Of a stretch of 64,000 nt of DNA, positions 8,376-18,152 are shown piece by piece (within the stretch, counting starts at the first letter, position 1; every line of letters starts with the position of its first letter). Source of the stretch: a virus. The stretch lies in the IMG/VR virus record IMGVR_UViG_3300045971_000247, positions 2,313-66,312 of that record; one strand, 5' to 3'. The translations under genes and the position numbers were made by a program. The notes beneath the pieces were generated by a model that was not told where the DNA came from, made no database searches, and was given only the letters and a program-made list of their open reading frames with translations.

Positions 8376-10156
8376 CACGCCCCCATGTGGCCGGCAGCCC
8401 CGCCGAGGCCGAGCTTGAGCTTGTCGCGCCAGGACTTCAGCTGCTGAGCCTTCGGCTTGCGCGGGGCGCCCTTGCCGACGGCCATCTTCGTCATCCAGGC
8501 CATCGCGTCCACCTGATCGTCGTGCACGCCGGCTGGGAACCTCAGCATCTCGTTGCGCGCGTCCTCGTACCACTCGGCTTTGTGGCTGAAGCTCACCATA
8601 CCCTGCTGCATCCGGCCCTGGAGCGGTCGAGCGCGGGCCATCTTGTCCGTGATCGGCTTGAGCACTTCGATGGCGGGGTACATGCGACGCTCTCTCATCC
8701 GTTTCTTAAGTAGAGATTCGATTGCACGGTAAATCTGACCGTCCTCAAAGCCGAGAGCCAGGGAGGCGCTGGGCCATCTCGAACATAGATTCAGGATAGA
8801 TTCTACGATGAAGAAGGAGTCGCCGGACTTGAAGCGCACGATTTCAGCGATGTGCAGCATGTCGTCGTCGTCCTGAAGCCCGACGCAGCCCACCGTGTAG
8901 TCGTTCTGCTTCTTCTCGCTGATGGCGAAGTCCCAGGCGATGAACACGTTGGCCCGGGACACGTGCGGCACCGGTGCGCGCTTGAATTGGCTCTTCGTGA
9001 AGTACCCGCCGTCGTCAGGGACCGGGTTCTGCTGGTACAGAGCCGACCACCACCGGCCGTCCGAGCCGTCGTCCTTGCGGTTCAGCGCCCTGATCTTGTT
9101 GAGCTTCTTCAGGTCGTAGCGCGCCGGGTGCAGCGCCTCGCCCTTCTTGCGCAGCGGGACGTACGCGGCGTCGTTGGCGGCGTCGGGGACCGGAACGATC
9201 GTGCCGTCAGGGGCCAGCCATTCGTCGTCGATGGCCAGGGCCGGGTACTTGACGACCTCGAACTGGTCGATGTCCTCGTCGACCTCGCCGCCCTTCATGG
9301 CCTGGGCCATCATCTGCTGGAGCCGGCCAGCCAAGTCGTCGTCGTGCCACCACGTCTGGATCACCAGCACGCCGCCGCCGGGCGCCAGCCGGGTGTAGGC
9401 GGTGGACAGGTACCACTCCCACACCTTCTCGCGGCCGTCGGCGCTGTCGGCCTCCTCGGCGTTCTTCACCGGGTCGTCGATGACCAGGACGTGCGCGCCC
9501 TTGCCGGTGATCGGGCCGCCGATGCCCGCTGCGACGTAGCCGCCGCGCTGCCCGGCGATGCCCCACTCTTCCGTCGACTGGTTGTTCGGGTCGAGCTTCG
9601 TGCCGAACACGCCCTCGTAGACCGGGTCGTCGATGATCTGCTTGACCTTCCGGCTGAAGCCCATCGCCAGGGACAGGTTGTACGAGCAGGCGATGAACTC
9701 GTGCTCCGGGTGCCGGCCCAGGTGCCAGGGCGGAAACATGCGGGAGGCAAGCTCTGACTTTCCGTGCCGGGGCGGCATCAGGATCATCAGCCGGGGGCTC
9801 AGGCCCGCGGCCACGTCGTCGCTGAACTTCTCCAGGCGTCGGCAGATGTCCTGGTGGACCCAGCCGGCGTCGTAGCGCTCGTTCATCCGCTGCACGAACG
9901 GCAGCAGCCGGCGGCGGGAGAGGACGCGGCTGGCCATCTCCTTCTGCGCCGACAGGTGCGCAGGAGTCAGCGGAGGTAGCGGAGCAGTAGCCTCAGCAGT
10001 AGATGCGGCGTAGGAGACCTGGGCGTCGCGGTCCGGGTCGAAGCGATCGGGAGCATCGACCGGGGGCGTAGCTCGCGCGGGGGCGGTGGCACGGGCTTTG
10101 GTCTTAGGCGGAGCTTTGGCTTTGGGAGCGGGTTTCTTGGTGGCCGCGCGGGTCAC
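8375..10156 (-). CDS. terL: Terminase large subunit
   Basis: Walker A MPPRHGKS, Walker B LVIDDP, nuclease AWDFA and FPAGVHDDQVDA. Confidence 0.95.
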   Translation of the reverse strand: MTRAATKKPAPKAKAPPKTKARATAPARATPPVDAPDRFDPDRDAQVSYAASTAEATAPLPPLTPAHLSAQKEMASRVLSRRRLLPFVQRMNERYDAGWVHQDICRRLEKFSDDVAAGLSPRLMILMPPRHGKSELASRMFPPWHLGRHPEHEFIACSYNLSLAMGFSRKVKQIIDDPVYEGVFGTKLDPNNQSTEEWGIAGQRGGYVAAGIGGPITGKGAHVLVIDDPVKNAEEADSADGREKVWEWYLSTAYTRLAPGGGVLVIQTWWHDDDLAGRLQQMMAQAMKGGEVDEDIDQFEVVKYPALAIDDEWLAPDGTIVPVPDAANDAAYVPLRKKGEALHPARYDLKKLNKIRALNRKDDGSDGRWWSALYQQNPVPDDGGYFTKSQFKRAPVPHVSRANVFIAWDFAISEKKQNDYTVGCVGLQDDDDMLHIAEIVRFKSGDSFFIVESILNLCSRWPSASLALGFEDGQIYRAIESLLKKRMRERRMYPAIEVLKPITDKMARARPLQGRMQQGMVSFSHKAEWYEDARNEMLRFPAGVHDDQVDAMAWMTKMAVGKGAPRKPKAQQLKSWRDKLKLGLGGAAGHMGA

Positions 10157-10485
10157 GGACCGAGGTCATCCAACACGATGGCCGAGGCGCGCTTTCCGCT
10201 CAGCTGCGAGACGCCGCAGAAGTCGAGCATGATTTTTTCCATCCGGGCAGACAACGCTTCGGCCCGCTGGGCTTTGGTGGCGTTCGAGGCGTAGGAGAAG
10301 GCCTTGAGGCCGCGCTCGTCGGCCATCTTGCTGGGCTGGCGGGTCAGGGCGGCGGTGACACGGGCCACGGCCTCCTGTTGCCGCACGTGCTCCAACATGC
10401 GGGCGCGCTCGGTGTTGTCTCGCTTGAGGCGGGCGGCGGTGATGTCGTCCAGCTGGCGCTGGCGGCGGGAGCGTTTGGTGTTCAT
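10153..10485 (-). CDS. Hypothetical protein
   Basis: 110 aa, 4-nt overlaps with both neighbours. Confidence 0.55.
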   Translation of the reverse strand: MNTKRSRRQRQLDDITAARLKRDNTERARMLEHVRQQEAVARVTAALTRQPSKMADERGLKAFSYASNATKAQRAEALSARMEKIMLDFCGVSQLSGKRASAIVLDDLGP

Positions 10486-10847
10486 CGGCGCGGTTGTTGG
10501 CGGGTGAGTTTCGCGGTGATGCGCTTGACGAGTTCGTCGCGCTCGTGCGTGGCGCAGTCATGCTTCTTCTCGGCGTGGCGCAGGCGGGAGGTGAGTTCGT
10601 CTTCGACGTAGCGGGACTCGCTGCGGTCGGTCCAGCGGTCGAGCTTCAGCTTGACCTGGTACATGTGGCCGCAGGCCAGCCGGATCTTGCCGATGCGGTG
10701 GCGGTCGCCCGAGTAGGGGTCGAAGTCGTCTTCAAACCTGATGGGCGCCGGCTCTTTGAACTGTTGCGGCGCGGGTTGTTGCAGGTACTGCCGCTCGAAC
10801 CACTCCCTCGCAGTCTCACCGGTGGCGGGGTGCAAGCGCCTATCCAT
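10482..10847 (-). CDS. Hypothetical protein (ITAKLT near C-terminus)
   Basis: 121 aa, coupled to terS; LACGH motif. Confidence 0.6.
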   Translation of the reverse strand: MDRRLHPATGETAREWFERQYLQQPAPQQFKEPAPIRFEDDFDPYSGDRHRIGKIRLACGHMYQVKLKLDRWTDRSESRYVEDELTSRLRHAEKKHDCATHERDELVKRITAKLTRQQPRR

Positions 10848-11433
10848 TCGCGTCTTCCGCGGGCGCTGGCAGCACTGCCTGGGTGCCGCCGGTGATGAGC
10901 TTCAGCAGTTCGCCGTCCGTCATGGCGTTCAGCTGGCGCACGGCCACCTCGCCGTTGACGGTCATGTCCATCTTCACGCGCACGGGCTCGTAGTAGCCGC
11001 ACATCTTCCCGATTTCACGGGCCGCGGACACCATGGACGCGGGCTCGGCCATCAGCTTGGCCATGTCGAACGACTCGATCAGCATGTCCATGACCCGCTT
11101 GCGGGACATCTGGCAGGCCTCTTCGAACTTGATCTTCTCCGCTTCGTAGGCCCGGCGCACGTTGGGCATGCGGATGAGGCGGTAGCCGATGGAGTCCTGG
11201 GAGTACCCGGCGCGGATGGCGGCGGACGAGACGGATTCGCCCGTGGCCCAGGCTTTTGCGAAGGCCAGCTGCTGGGAGGTCAGCGGCTTGTTCGGGTCGA
11301 CGAGTTCCGCGGTCTCGTAGGTGCTGGTGTCGAGATGTTTGCGGACGTTTTTTGCAGTTGGTGGCGCGACAGCAGCCCCACGCTTGGTGAGCTTGTGCTG
11401 GGGCGGACGATCTAATGTCTGAGTGCGAGCCAT
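10840..11433 (-). CDS. terS: Terminase small subunit
   Basis: LTSQQLAFAKAW..AAIRAGYS HTH and AAREIGKMCGYY; first gene of the packaging operon. Confidence 0.85.
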   Translation of the reverse strand: MARTQTLDRPPQHKLTKRGAAVAPPTAKNVRKHLDTSTYETAELVDPNKPLTSQQLAFAKAWATGESVSSAAIRAGYSQDSIGYRLIRMPNVRRAYEAEKIKFEEACQMSRKRVMDMLIESFDMAKLMAEPASMVSAAREIGKMCGYYEPVRVKMDMTVNGEVAVRQLNAMTDGELLKLITGGTQAVLPAPAEDANG

Positions 11434-11680
11434 CTTAGATCGAAGTGTATTCGATTAGAAATTCTGTGCAAAATTTTGCTGCAAAAAATTGGGAAACACG
11501 AGTCTTGGAGCCTCGTATGTACCCTCTCCTCAGCCGGTACCCGGCTTCGGGTTCGGGTCTGGGACACGCGAAAAGGAGTCTCTTCGTGGTCGCGTGACAA
11601 GAACACGAACAGCCAGGACGCGTGGCCGCGCCCTTCACCCTTGGCTCGGTGAGCAATCACGCTCGTCAAGGAGATCACAC

Positions 11681-12004
11681 ATGGCTACCAAGGCTGAACT
11701 CGAAGTCACCGTCGCTGCCCTCACTGCGGACATGGCCGCGATGGAGAAGCGCATGGACCGCAGCGTGCTGCTCATCACGCGCTTGCTGCGCCGCTCCAGC
11801 GTGGTGGCCCCCACCACCGTGCCACGTGACGAGTACGACGCAGCGCTGCTCGAACTGCGTGGCAACAACGCAGAGTCCACGGAGCGCTTCCCTGTGGACA
11901 CGATCGTGCGCAAGGCACTGGACCGTCGCGTCGGCGTCGCCTTCGAGAGCGTGCGTCAGGTGCTGGCCCGCATCGACCAGGCCGAGGCGAGCAAGGCGGG
12001 CTGA
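11681..12004 (+). CDS. Hypothetical early protein
   Basis: AAGGAG RBS, ATG at 11681. Confidence 0.7.
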   Translation: MATKAELEVTVAALTADMAAMEKRMDRSVLLITRLLRRSSVVAPTTVPRDEYDAALLELRGNNAESTERFPVDTIVRKALDRRVGVAFESVRQVLARIDQAEASKAG

Positions 12005-12007
12005 GGT

Positions 12008-12052
12008 AGGGAGGACCGCTGGCGCGGTCCTTCCTTCTCGTCTTTGTGCAGC
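12008..12052 (+). promoter_or_regulatory. Hairpin plus TCTTTGTGCAGC element, copy 1
   Basis: AGGGAGGACCGC/GCGGTCCTTCCT stem, then TCTCGTCTTTGTGCAGC; second copy at 13361-13404. Confidence 0.55.
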
Positions 12053-12086
12053 GGCTTTCGCTGTCTTTCATCTGTGGAGAACGAAC

Positions 12087-12353
12087 ATGTCTATCGGTAT
12101 CAAGCTGGGTCGCGGTGTTGGCGCTTTGGGCGCGTTGGCTGTTCACGGCGCTGTGCGCTCCGTCGAAGGCCTGGGCACGTTCGGCTCAGACATCGTCACT
12201 GGTGTCGAGCAGGGCTACGAGTCGAAGAGCGCATACCTCGCGATGCCCGTCGAGGTGCGCAAGGCACAGCGCGACGCGGCGCGTGCGGAACTCGCGCAAC
12301 GGCGTGCGCCCATCGCAGCCGCGCCGGCCAAGGCCAAGCGCGCGACGGCGTAA
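12087..12353 (+). CDS. Hypothetical protein
   Basis: GGAG RBS, MSIGIKLGRG... Confidence 0.7.
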   Translation: MSIGIKLGRGVGALGALAVHGAVRSVEGLGTFGSDIVTGVEQGYESKSAYLAMPVEVRKAQRDAARAELAQRRAPIAAAPAKAKRATA

Positions 12354-12549
12354 CACGCGGGACCAGGCCGACATCACGTCGGGCCTGGTCCCAACACGAA
12401 GAGGGCCTGGGCTGGCATGGGGACCAACGGAGTGTTGAGGTTTGGCGGAGCCAAACCGAGACCACGGGACTGTGCACTCAGCCGCAGCGTTAGCACAAAA
12501 CACCGAGCACCCGGTATGGGGTGCGACGTAATTGAATTAGGAGAATTAA

Positions 12550-12864
12550 ATGATCGAAGCAGTGTTGATCTTCGGAATTCTATTAGCGGTATTTGAATTC
12601 GCGGTGCTATCGATGGTGCCGCCGCGTTACCGATTGCGGCTGCTCGGAAATAAGGCCGCGGCGTCATCATGCCACGTCATCATGCTGGTTTTGAATTTGT
12701 GGATTCACTGGGGCACTGTAACCGGAACGATGGCCGCGACTGGGGCTTTCATCACGTCGATGGTGACCATCGAAATAGCAAAGATCGTCTACGGAACAGT
12801 GGTCGACGATGTCCGCGTACGTCGGGGGTTAGTGGGCTACAAGACTGAGGAGTTGATGCTGTGA
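12550..12864 (+). CDS. Membrane protein
   Basis: AGGAG RBS; 2-3 hydrophobic helices. Confidence 0.7.
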   Translation: MIEAVLIFGILLAVFEFAVLSMVPPRYRLRLLGNKAAASSCHVIMLVLNLWIHWGTVTGTMAATGAFITSMVTIEIAKIVYGTVVDDVRVRRGLVGYKTEELML

Positions 12865-13130
12865 ACAACAACCCACACGACCTGTGCGACACCACCGCAC
12901 GCAATCTGCTGCTCGCAAACGGCATGAGCGCAAGCGACGCGCCCGCACTCATCCGCGGCACGCTGACCTCAGCCGTACTCGACATCTATTGGGCAGCAAT
13001 GCTCGCACACTTCGACTGCGACGATCGGCACGCCGCCCTCAACTCCATCCTCGCGCTCAACGAGGCCATGAACCAAGCCGTCGAGCACGCGCAGAACATC
13101 AAGGGAAGCCTCAATGGATGTGAAGACTAA
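12861..13130 (+). CDS. Hypothetical protein
   Basis: GAGGAG RBS, GTGA overlap. Confidence 0.6.
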   Translation: MNNNPHDLCDTTARNLLLANGMSASDAPALIRGTLTSAVLDIYWAAMLAHFDCDDRHAALNSILALNEAMNQAVEHAQNIKGSLNGCED

Positions 13131-13359
13131 GCCCCGCAACCTGGCCGAAGTGAATCTTTGGCTCACAGCGCTCAACGACATGGCCAACACATCGCCTGCC
13201 GAAGCACGCAGTGTGCAGCGCGATCTGGCTGATCCGATCAACCAGATCAGTGAGTACATCGACTCTGTCGAACACTCGCCGCAACACTGCTGCACGCGCT
13301 TCGAAATCATGTGGCGTCAACGCTACCGCACGTTGCTGCGTGTGCGCGGCTTGTTGTGA
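13114..13359 (+). CDS. Hypothetical protein
   Basis: Operon packing and codon bias. Confidence 0.55.
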   Translation: MDVKTKPRNLAEVNLWLTALNDMANTSPAEARSVQRDLADPINQISEYIDSVEHSPQHCCTRFEIMWRQRYRTLLRVRGLL

Positions 13360-13360
13360 T

Positions 13361-13404
13361 GAGAGGCCCGGTTGCCCGGGCCTTTCCTTCTGTCTTTGTG
13401 CAGC
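13361..13404 (+). promoter_or_regulatory. Hairpin plus TCTTTGTGCAGC element, copy 2
   Basis: GAGAGGCCCGG/CCGGGCCTTTC stem, then CTTCTGTCTTTGTGCAGC. Confidence 0.55.
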
Positions 13405-13427
13405 ATGTGCTGTGCCAGGAGCTTCTC

Positions 13428-13637
13428 ATGTCTCGTCTCGCATCACTGCGCATGAAGCGCGAACCCATCAGCGTCGTCCCATTCAGCGACCTGTCCCTCA
13501 AGGACATGGAGACTGTCGAGTGGTTCGAAGCCGCTGAATCCCCCAGCGACATCTTCGACCACAAAGTCGAGCACCTCGCCGACTTGTTGGACTGCACCGA
13601 AGCCGAAGCCACTCGGATCATCTTGCGGAACTTGTGA
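13428..13637 (+). CDS. Hypothetical acidic protein
   Basis: AGGAG RBS, MSRLASLRMK. Confidence 0.65.
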   Translation: MSRLASLRMKREPISVVPFSDLSLKDMETVEWFEAAESPSDIFDHKVEHLADLLDCTEAEATRIILRNL

Positions 13638-14015
13638 CCAACGTACTGCGCATCCACACGTGCGCAGTGCGGCGTTCACCAACCATATACACGGTATCCG
13701 AACGTCGACAACAGGAGAACATCATGTATCGCAGGTGGTAAAGCCCAGCCGGATGCTGCAAAGCATCCGATTGTGTTTTCGATCAGCAAAGCATGCGGAC
13801 AACACCCTCCGCACGCGACTGAAACTCGCACGCCTGAGCGAGTGATAAACGAACCCAGGACGTTTACCCACAGCACAACGCACAGGGGCTGTGAGCTACG
13901 AAACGCTCACGCATCAAGGTTGGGTCTTAATGCAGAACATAACGCGATGCACCCACTGCATGCTGGACACCGTAACCAGCACCTCAAGCCAACTCTCAAC
14001 TCTCAAGGAAACGAA

Positions 14016-15089
14016 ATGACTGTTCATCAAGTCTCTCGCGGCACCATCAGCAACCCCATCACCATCCCCGTCCCCGATCTGCTCGACCTAGTCAAGACCT
14101 ACCTGCCGGGCGACACCGGCATCCCCGTGATGTACTCGATCACCGGTGGACTGGCATTCCGCGCCGCACGCTTGGCCGGCATGATCGCCAACGCGCTGGC
14201 CTCGGACATCCGCAACGACACGTCGGGCCGGACGTCCATCGACTCGTACAACGACGCAATGAGCCACCTCGACGCGTTGGAGTCCGCAGCCATCTCCTTC
14301 GAGGAAGCCGGCAGCACGCGGCGCAACATGTGCGACGACCTGACCAAGCTGCTGCACTACAAGCGCGCGGCCGATGACTACACAGTCACCATCATGGGCG
14401 AGTCCAAGGCACCGGTGACGGATTGGCACAGCACGCTCGATGTCGCCAGCAAGCCCGCACCGATCGACATGTGGAAGCTCGACCACCTGTGGGCGCTGTA
14501 CCTCGACCAGTGCAAGGGCTACCCGCTGATGAACCGTGCCGAGTACGACATGCTCAACACGCGTGAACTGTCTGGCCAGGACGCTACGTGGCGCAACCAC
14601 AAGCAAGCAGTGATGAACATCATCGACATCGCCGACCGCGGTGACAGCATCGACTTCTACCAGCTGGACCTCCAAACCCAGCTGAGCCTGCTGAACAGCT
14701 ACGCCACACCGGAACGCTTGGCCAAGTTCCGTGCAGCGGCCATGCGTCGTGCTCGCAACCCGTTCGAGTTCGACGCATCCTTGCGCCTGCACACGGCGTT
14801 CGTGAAAGCCTGCGAACGCGCCACGCACCATCACCGGTACGCCAACATCGGTGACAAGACCATCGTAGCCAAGCGCGAGCCCATGCCCATCAAGGTGCCG
14901 GCCTTGCGCAAAGACAACAGCCCGGTCGGGAAGTACATCGACCGGGTCAACGAATCGCTGGACAAGGAAGCCGAACTCGACGCCAAGGCCAGCAAGCGCA
15001 AGCCCGCCAAGCCTCGCGGCAAGATCGTCGCTCAAGAGCACCTAGCTGAAGTGATGACCACGATCGCTGACACCCCGAACGACCTGTAA
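14016..15089 (+). CDS. Hypothetical protein (357 aa)
   Basis: AAGGA RBS before ATG 14016; strong codon bias. Confidence 0.8.
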   Translation: MTVHQVSRGTISNPITIPVPDLLDLVKTYLPGDTGIPVMYSITGGLAFRAARLAGMIANALASDIRNDTSGRTSIDSYNDAMSHLDALESAAISFEEAGSTRRNMCDDLTKLLHYKRAADDYTVTIMGESKAPVTDWHSTLDVASKPAPIDMWKLDHLWALYLDQCKGYPLMNRAEYDMLNTRELSGQDATWRNHKQAVMNIIDIADRGDSIDFYQLDLQTQLSLLNSYATPERLAKFRAAAMRRARNPFEFDASLRLHTAFVKACERATHHHRYANIGDKTIVAKREPMPIKVPALRKDNSPVGKYIDRVNESLDKEAELDAKASKRKPAKPRGKIVAQEHLAEVMTTIADTPNDL

Positions 15090-15096
15090 AACGGTC

Positions 15097-15130
15097 GAAG
15101 CACCTGCCCTCAAGGGCGGGTGCTTCTTCT
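15097..15130 (+). terminator. Intrinsic terminator
   Basis: GAAGCACCTGCCC-tcaa-GGGCGGGTGCTTC followed by TTCT. Confidence 0.65.
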
Positions 15131-15164
15131 ATGCCTAACGCCGAAAGGAATGGGTACGCTTACG

Positions 15165-15300
15165 CGGCGCCGCCAACCTTTTCTATAGGAAAACACCTCT
15201 TCTCTTTCTACCCTCTCTTCTACTCTTCTTCTTTTCTCTAGAAGAAGTTTAGATAGTAAGATAGTAAGATAGTAAGAGAAGAGGTGGATTTACCTATGAA
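15165..15300 (+). other. AT-rich iteron element A (candidate replication origin)
   Basis: Pyrimidine tract and (AGATAGTA)x3 at 15251-15274; directly upstream of primase; inverted homolog at 40695-40808. Confidence 0.6.
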
Positions 15301-15336
15301 AACGGCCTCTTACGCTTGCCCCACGAACACATCACG

Positions 15337-15365
15337 TTGTCGTGGGTCTAAGATAGAGCTACACT
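15337..15365 (+). promoter_or_regulatory. Sigma70-like promoter of the primase operon
   Basis: TTGTCG-17 bp-TACACT, with TCTAAGATAG in the spacer. Confidence 0.5.
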
Positions 15366-15393
15366 GCCTTCCCACCTTTGCTGTTAGACAAAA

Positions 15394-17808
15394 ATGCGCG
15401 TCTTCTTTTTGCAAACGGCCCAGCCCCTGACCAAGACCTTTTCCAAGCTCCCAGACGGCTCCGTCGAAAAAACCCCTTACCCCAACATTTTCAACGTCAC
15501 GAGCGTCGAAGAGGTCGTCAAAAACACCGCTGACCTCGCCCTCGTACTTGACCGCCACGCGACCGCTGGCGACTGTCTCGTCAAGGGTCTTCTGCATCGC
15601 AAGCTCGTCAACGAGTCCCGTGCCGGCAGCACCAACACCGCCGACACGACCGACTGGATCTGTCTGGACATCGACGGATTGCCTGACACCTACATGGACA
15701 TGGGGACCACGCCCCCAACCCCCATCAAAGTGACACCCGACACGATCCTCGACGCACTCGGGATGGGGAACGTCTCCTACGTGCTCCAGTGGTCTGCATC
15801 CCACAACATCGGCGCCCCGGGCTACCTGCGCTGCCACCTGTTCGTCCGGCTCACCTCCCCGATCGCAGCCCCTGTCATCAAGCAGTGGCTCATTCAGATC
15901 AACCACACCACGCCTCTCCTGGCCGAGTCCATCAGGCTGACCAAGACGGGCAACGCGCTCAGCTGGCCACTCGACGTGACCGCTTGCCAGAACGACAAGC
16001 TCATCTACATCACGCCGCCCATCCTCAAGGGTATCAAGTACCCACTGGGCCGCACCCCCCGCATCTCCTACGTGGCCAAGAGCGACGAGACCTTCTCGTT
16101 TCCCAGCGCACCCAACGCCGTCGCAGCCAACAAGGCACTCACCGACAAGCGCATCGCTGATCTACGCAACGCAGCCGGCCTGCCCGCACGCAAGCTCATC
16201 ACCAAGATGTCGGGCACACATGAAATTCTGCCCAAGCCCGATGCCTGCGAAGTCACCGAGACGCGCACCGAACGTGGCTTCACGTACTTCAACCTAAACG
16301 GTGGCGACTCCTGGGCCTACTTCCACCCCGAAGACAACCCAGACTACATCCACAACTTCAAGGGTGAGCCCATCTACCTCACCAAAGAGTTGCTGCCAGC
16401 CTACTGGGCCACGCTGACCTCCAAGGCCAGCCGCACAACCTCCACGGGCCTGACCTATCTCGCATTCCTCGACCGCCGCACCGGCACGTACTTCCGCGGC
16501 ACCTACGACCAGGGCACTGACACCCTGGACCTGAACCCCGCGAAGAACGAGACCCAGATCCGTCATTTCGCTGAACAGTTCGGCGTGCCGCTGGGCTCCT
16601 ACATCGCTGAATGGGACATGACGTTCGACCCCAAGGACTCAGTGCGCGTCGACTTCGACAACAAAACGATCAACACCTTCCAGCTGACCGAATACATGCG
16701 CGCCACCGTCAAGCGCGTGCCCAAGTGCCCGCCGACGATCTTCAAGATCATCCACCACGTGCTGGGCTCTGACACCGACTGCACCGTTCACTTCATCAAC
16801 TGGCTGGCGTTCATCCTGCAAGAGCGCACGCGCACCCTGACTGCCTGGGTGCTGCATGGGACGGAAGGCACAGGCAAGGGCGTGCTGATGAACCGCATCC
16901 TGCGCCCTCTGCTCGGCCGCAACCAGACCACCATGCGCCGCATGGAAGAGTTCAACGAGCCCTACAACGCCTTCATGAAGCAGTGCTTCCTGGTATTCGT
17001 CGATGAAGTCGAGGCCAAAGCCTTCACCAATGAGAAGGGCGTGATGGCCAAGCTGCGCAACTTCATCGTCGAGCCCACCATCCAGATCCGTCAGATGTAC
17101 TCCAACGCAACGGAATGGGAAAACTTCACCAACTGGCTCTTCGCCAGCAACCGCCCCGAGCCCGTCGTCATCCCTGCTGACGACCGCCGCTTCAACGTCG
17201 GCAAGTACCAGCCCAAGAAGCTCGGCATGACTGACAAGGAACTCGACCTGATCCCTGGCGAGCTTCAGAACTTCCACGACTTCCTGATCGGCTACCCAGT
17301 GGACCGCAACGCTGTGGCCACGCCACTGGAGAACGAAGACCGTGACGCCATGATCGCCGTGTCTCAGTCCTCTGTCGACACAGTCGTAAATGCTCTGCTC
17401 GACGGCGACATGAAGTTCCTGCTCGACCAGCTGCCCAGCACCATGGCCTACAGCGGCAACGCACACAAGGCCAGCAAGATCGCCGACTACAAGCACGCAG
17501 TGCAGACGATCCTGGTGCGTGCAGACGCAAAGACAGGCGACTGCACGATCAGCCGCGATGAGCTTCACGTCATCTTCGAGTACGTGGTGGGCAATATGCC
17601 CGAGAGCCCAAACAAGTTCACGTCCCTCTTGAAACACCACCGCATCCGCACGGGTTACGTGTGGGTGGACGGCAGGACAGTCCACGGCATCAAGACGAAG
17701 TTCAAGGACGTGGCGAGTTTCGGTAGCTACGCCGGCATGCACTTCCCTGCCCCACCGAAGCCGACAGCGCCCAGCAAGCCAAAGCCCACCAAGAAAGCCA
17801 AACCCTGA
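15394..17808 (+). CDS. Primase-helicase (N-terminal primase/polymerase-like domain, C-terminal SF3/DUF5906-like NTPase)
   Basis: ICLDIDG acidic motif, RCHLFV, Walker A GTEGTGKG, Walker B VFVDE, DDRRF. Confidence 0.85.
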   Translation: MRVFFLQTAQPLTKTFSKLPDGSVEKTPYPNIFNVTSVEEVVKNTADLALVLDRHATAGDCLVKGLLHRKLVNESRAGSTNTADTTDWICLDIDGLPDTYMDMGTTPPTPIKVTPDTILDALGMGNVSYVLQWSASHNIGAPGYLRCHLFVRLTSPIAAPVIKQWLIQINHTTPLLAESIRLTKTGNALSWPLDVTACQNDKLIYITPPILKGIKYPLGRTPRISYVAKSDETFSFPSAPNAVAANKALTDKRIADLRNAAGLPARKLITKMSGTHEILPKPDACEVTETRTERGFTYFNLNGGDSWAYFHPEDNPDYIHNFKGEPIYLTKELLPAYWATLTSKASRTTSTGLTYLAFLDRRTGTYFRGTYDQGTDTLDLNPAKNETQIRHFAEQFGVPLGSYIAEWDMTFDPKDSVRVDFDNKTINTFQLTEYMRATVKRVPKCPPTIFKIIHHVLGSDTDCTVHFINWLAFILQERTRTLTAWVLHGTEGTGKGVLMNRILRPLLGRNQTTMRRMEEFNEPYNAFMKQCFLVFVDEVEAKAFTNEKGVMAKLRNFIVEPTIQIRQMYSNATEWENFTNWLFASNRPEPVVIPADDRRFNVGKYQPKKLGMTDKELDLIPGELQNFHDFLIGYPVDRNAVATPLENEDRDAMIAVSQSSVDTVVNALLDGDMKFLLDQLPSTMAYSGNAHKASKIADYKHAVQTILVRADAKTGDCTISRDELHVIFEYVVGNMPESPNKFTSLLKHHRIRTGYVWVDGRTVHGIKTKFKDVASFGSYAGMHFPAPPKPTAPSKPKPTKKAKP

Positions 17809-18152
17809 TGGCCCTCAACCGCAACCTCTGCTACGCCGCCGCCTACGCAGCATTCTTCGAGATCCTAGTCAACGACGGCGGCTCCGTCTTCGACTTCATG
17901 GAAGAGACTGGCCTTCACAGGAACACTGTGCGCAAGCTGCTCATGGTCATGCGCAACCGCAAGCTGATCCACATCGCCAGCTGGACGCAGGACTCAGCAG
18001 GCCGGTGGGTGCTCCCAGTCTATGCACTGGGCAACAAGCCTGACAAGAAACGACCAGCACCTTTGACAGGCCAGCAACGCAGCGCCAGAGCCGAAGCTCG
18101 ACGCATCGCGCGACTCATCGGCTTCAATGCAGGAGCAGGAGCACAAACGTGA
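17808..18152 (+). CDS. Winged-HTH DNA-binding protein
   Basis: FMEETGLHRNTVRKLL HTH; IHIASW...PVYALG. Confidence 0.7.
   Translation: MALNRNLCYAAAYAAFFEILVNDGGSVFDFMEETGLHRNTVRKLLMVMRNRKLIHIASWTQDSAGRWVLPVYALGNKPDKKRPAPLTGQQRSARAEARRIARLIGFNAGAGAQT

Noticed and set aside
13800-13860. Hammerhead ribozyme
   Set aside because: CTGA and GAAA words are present but not the CTGANGA core with the required stem arrangement
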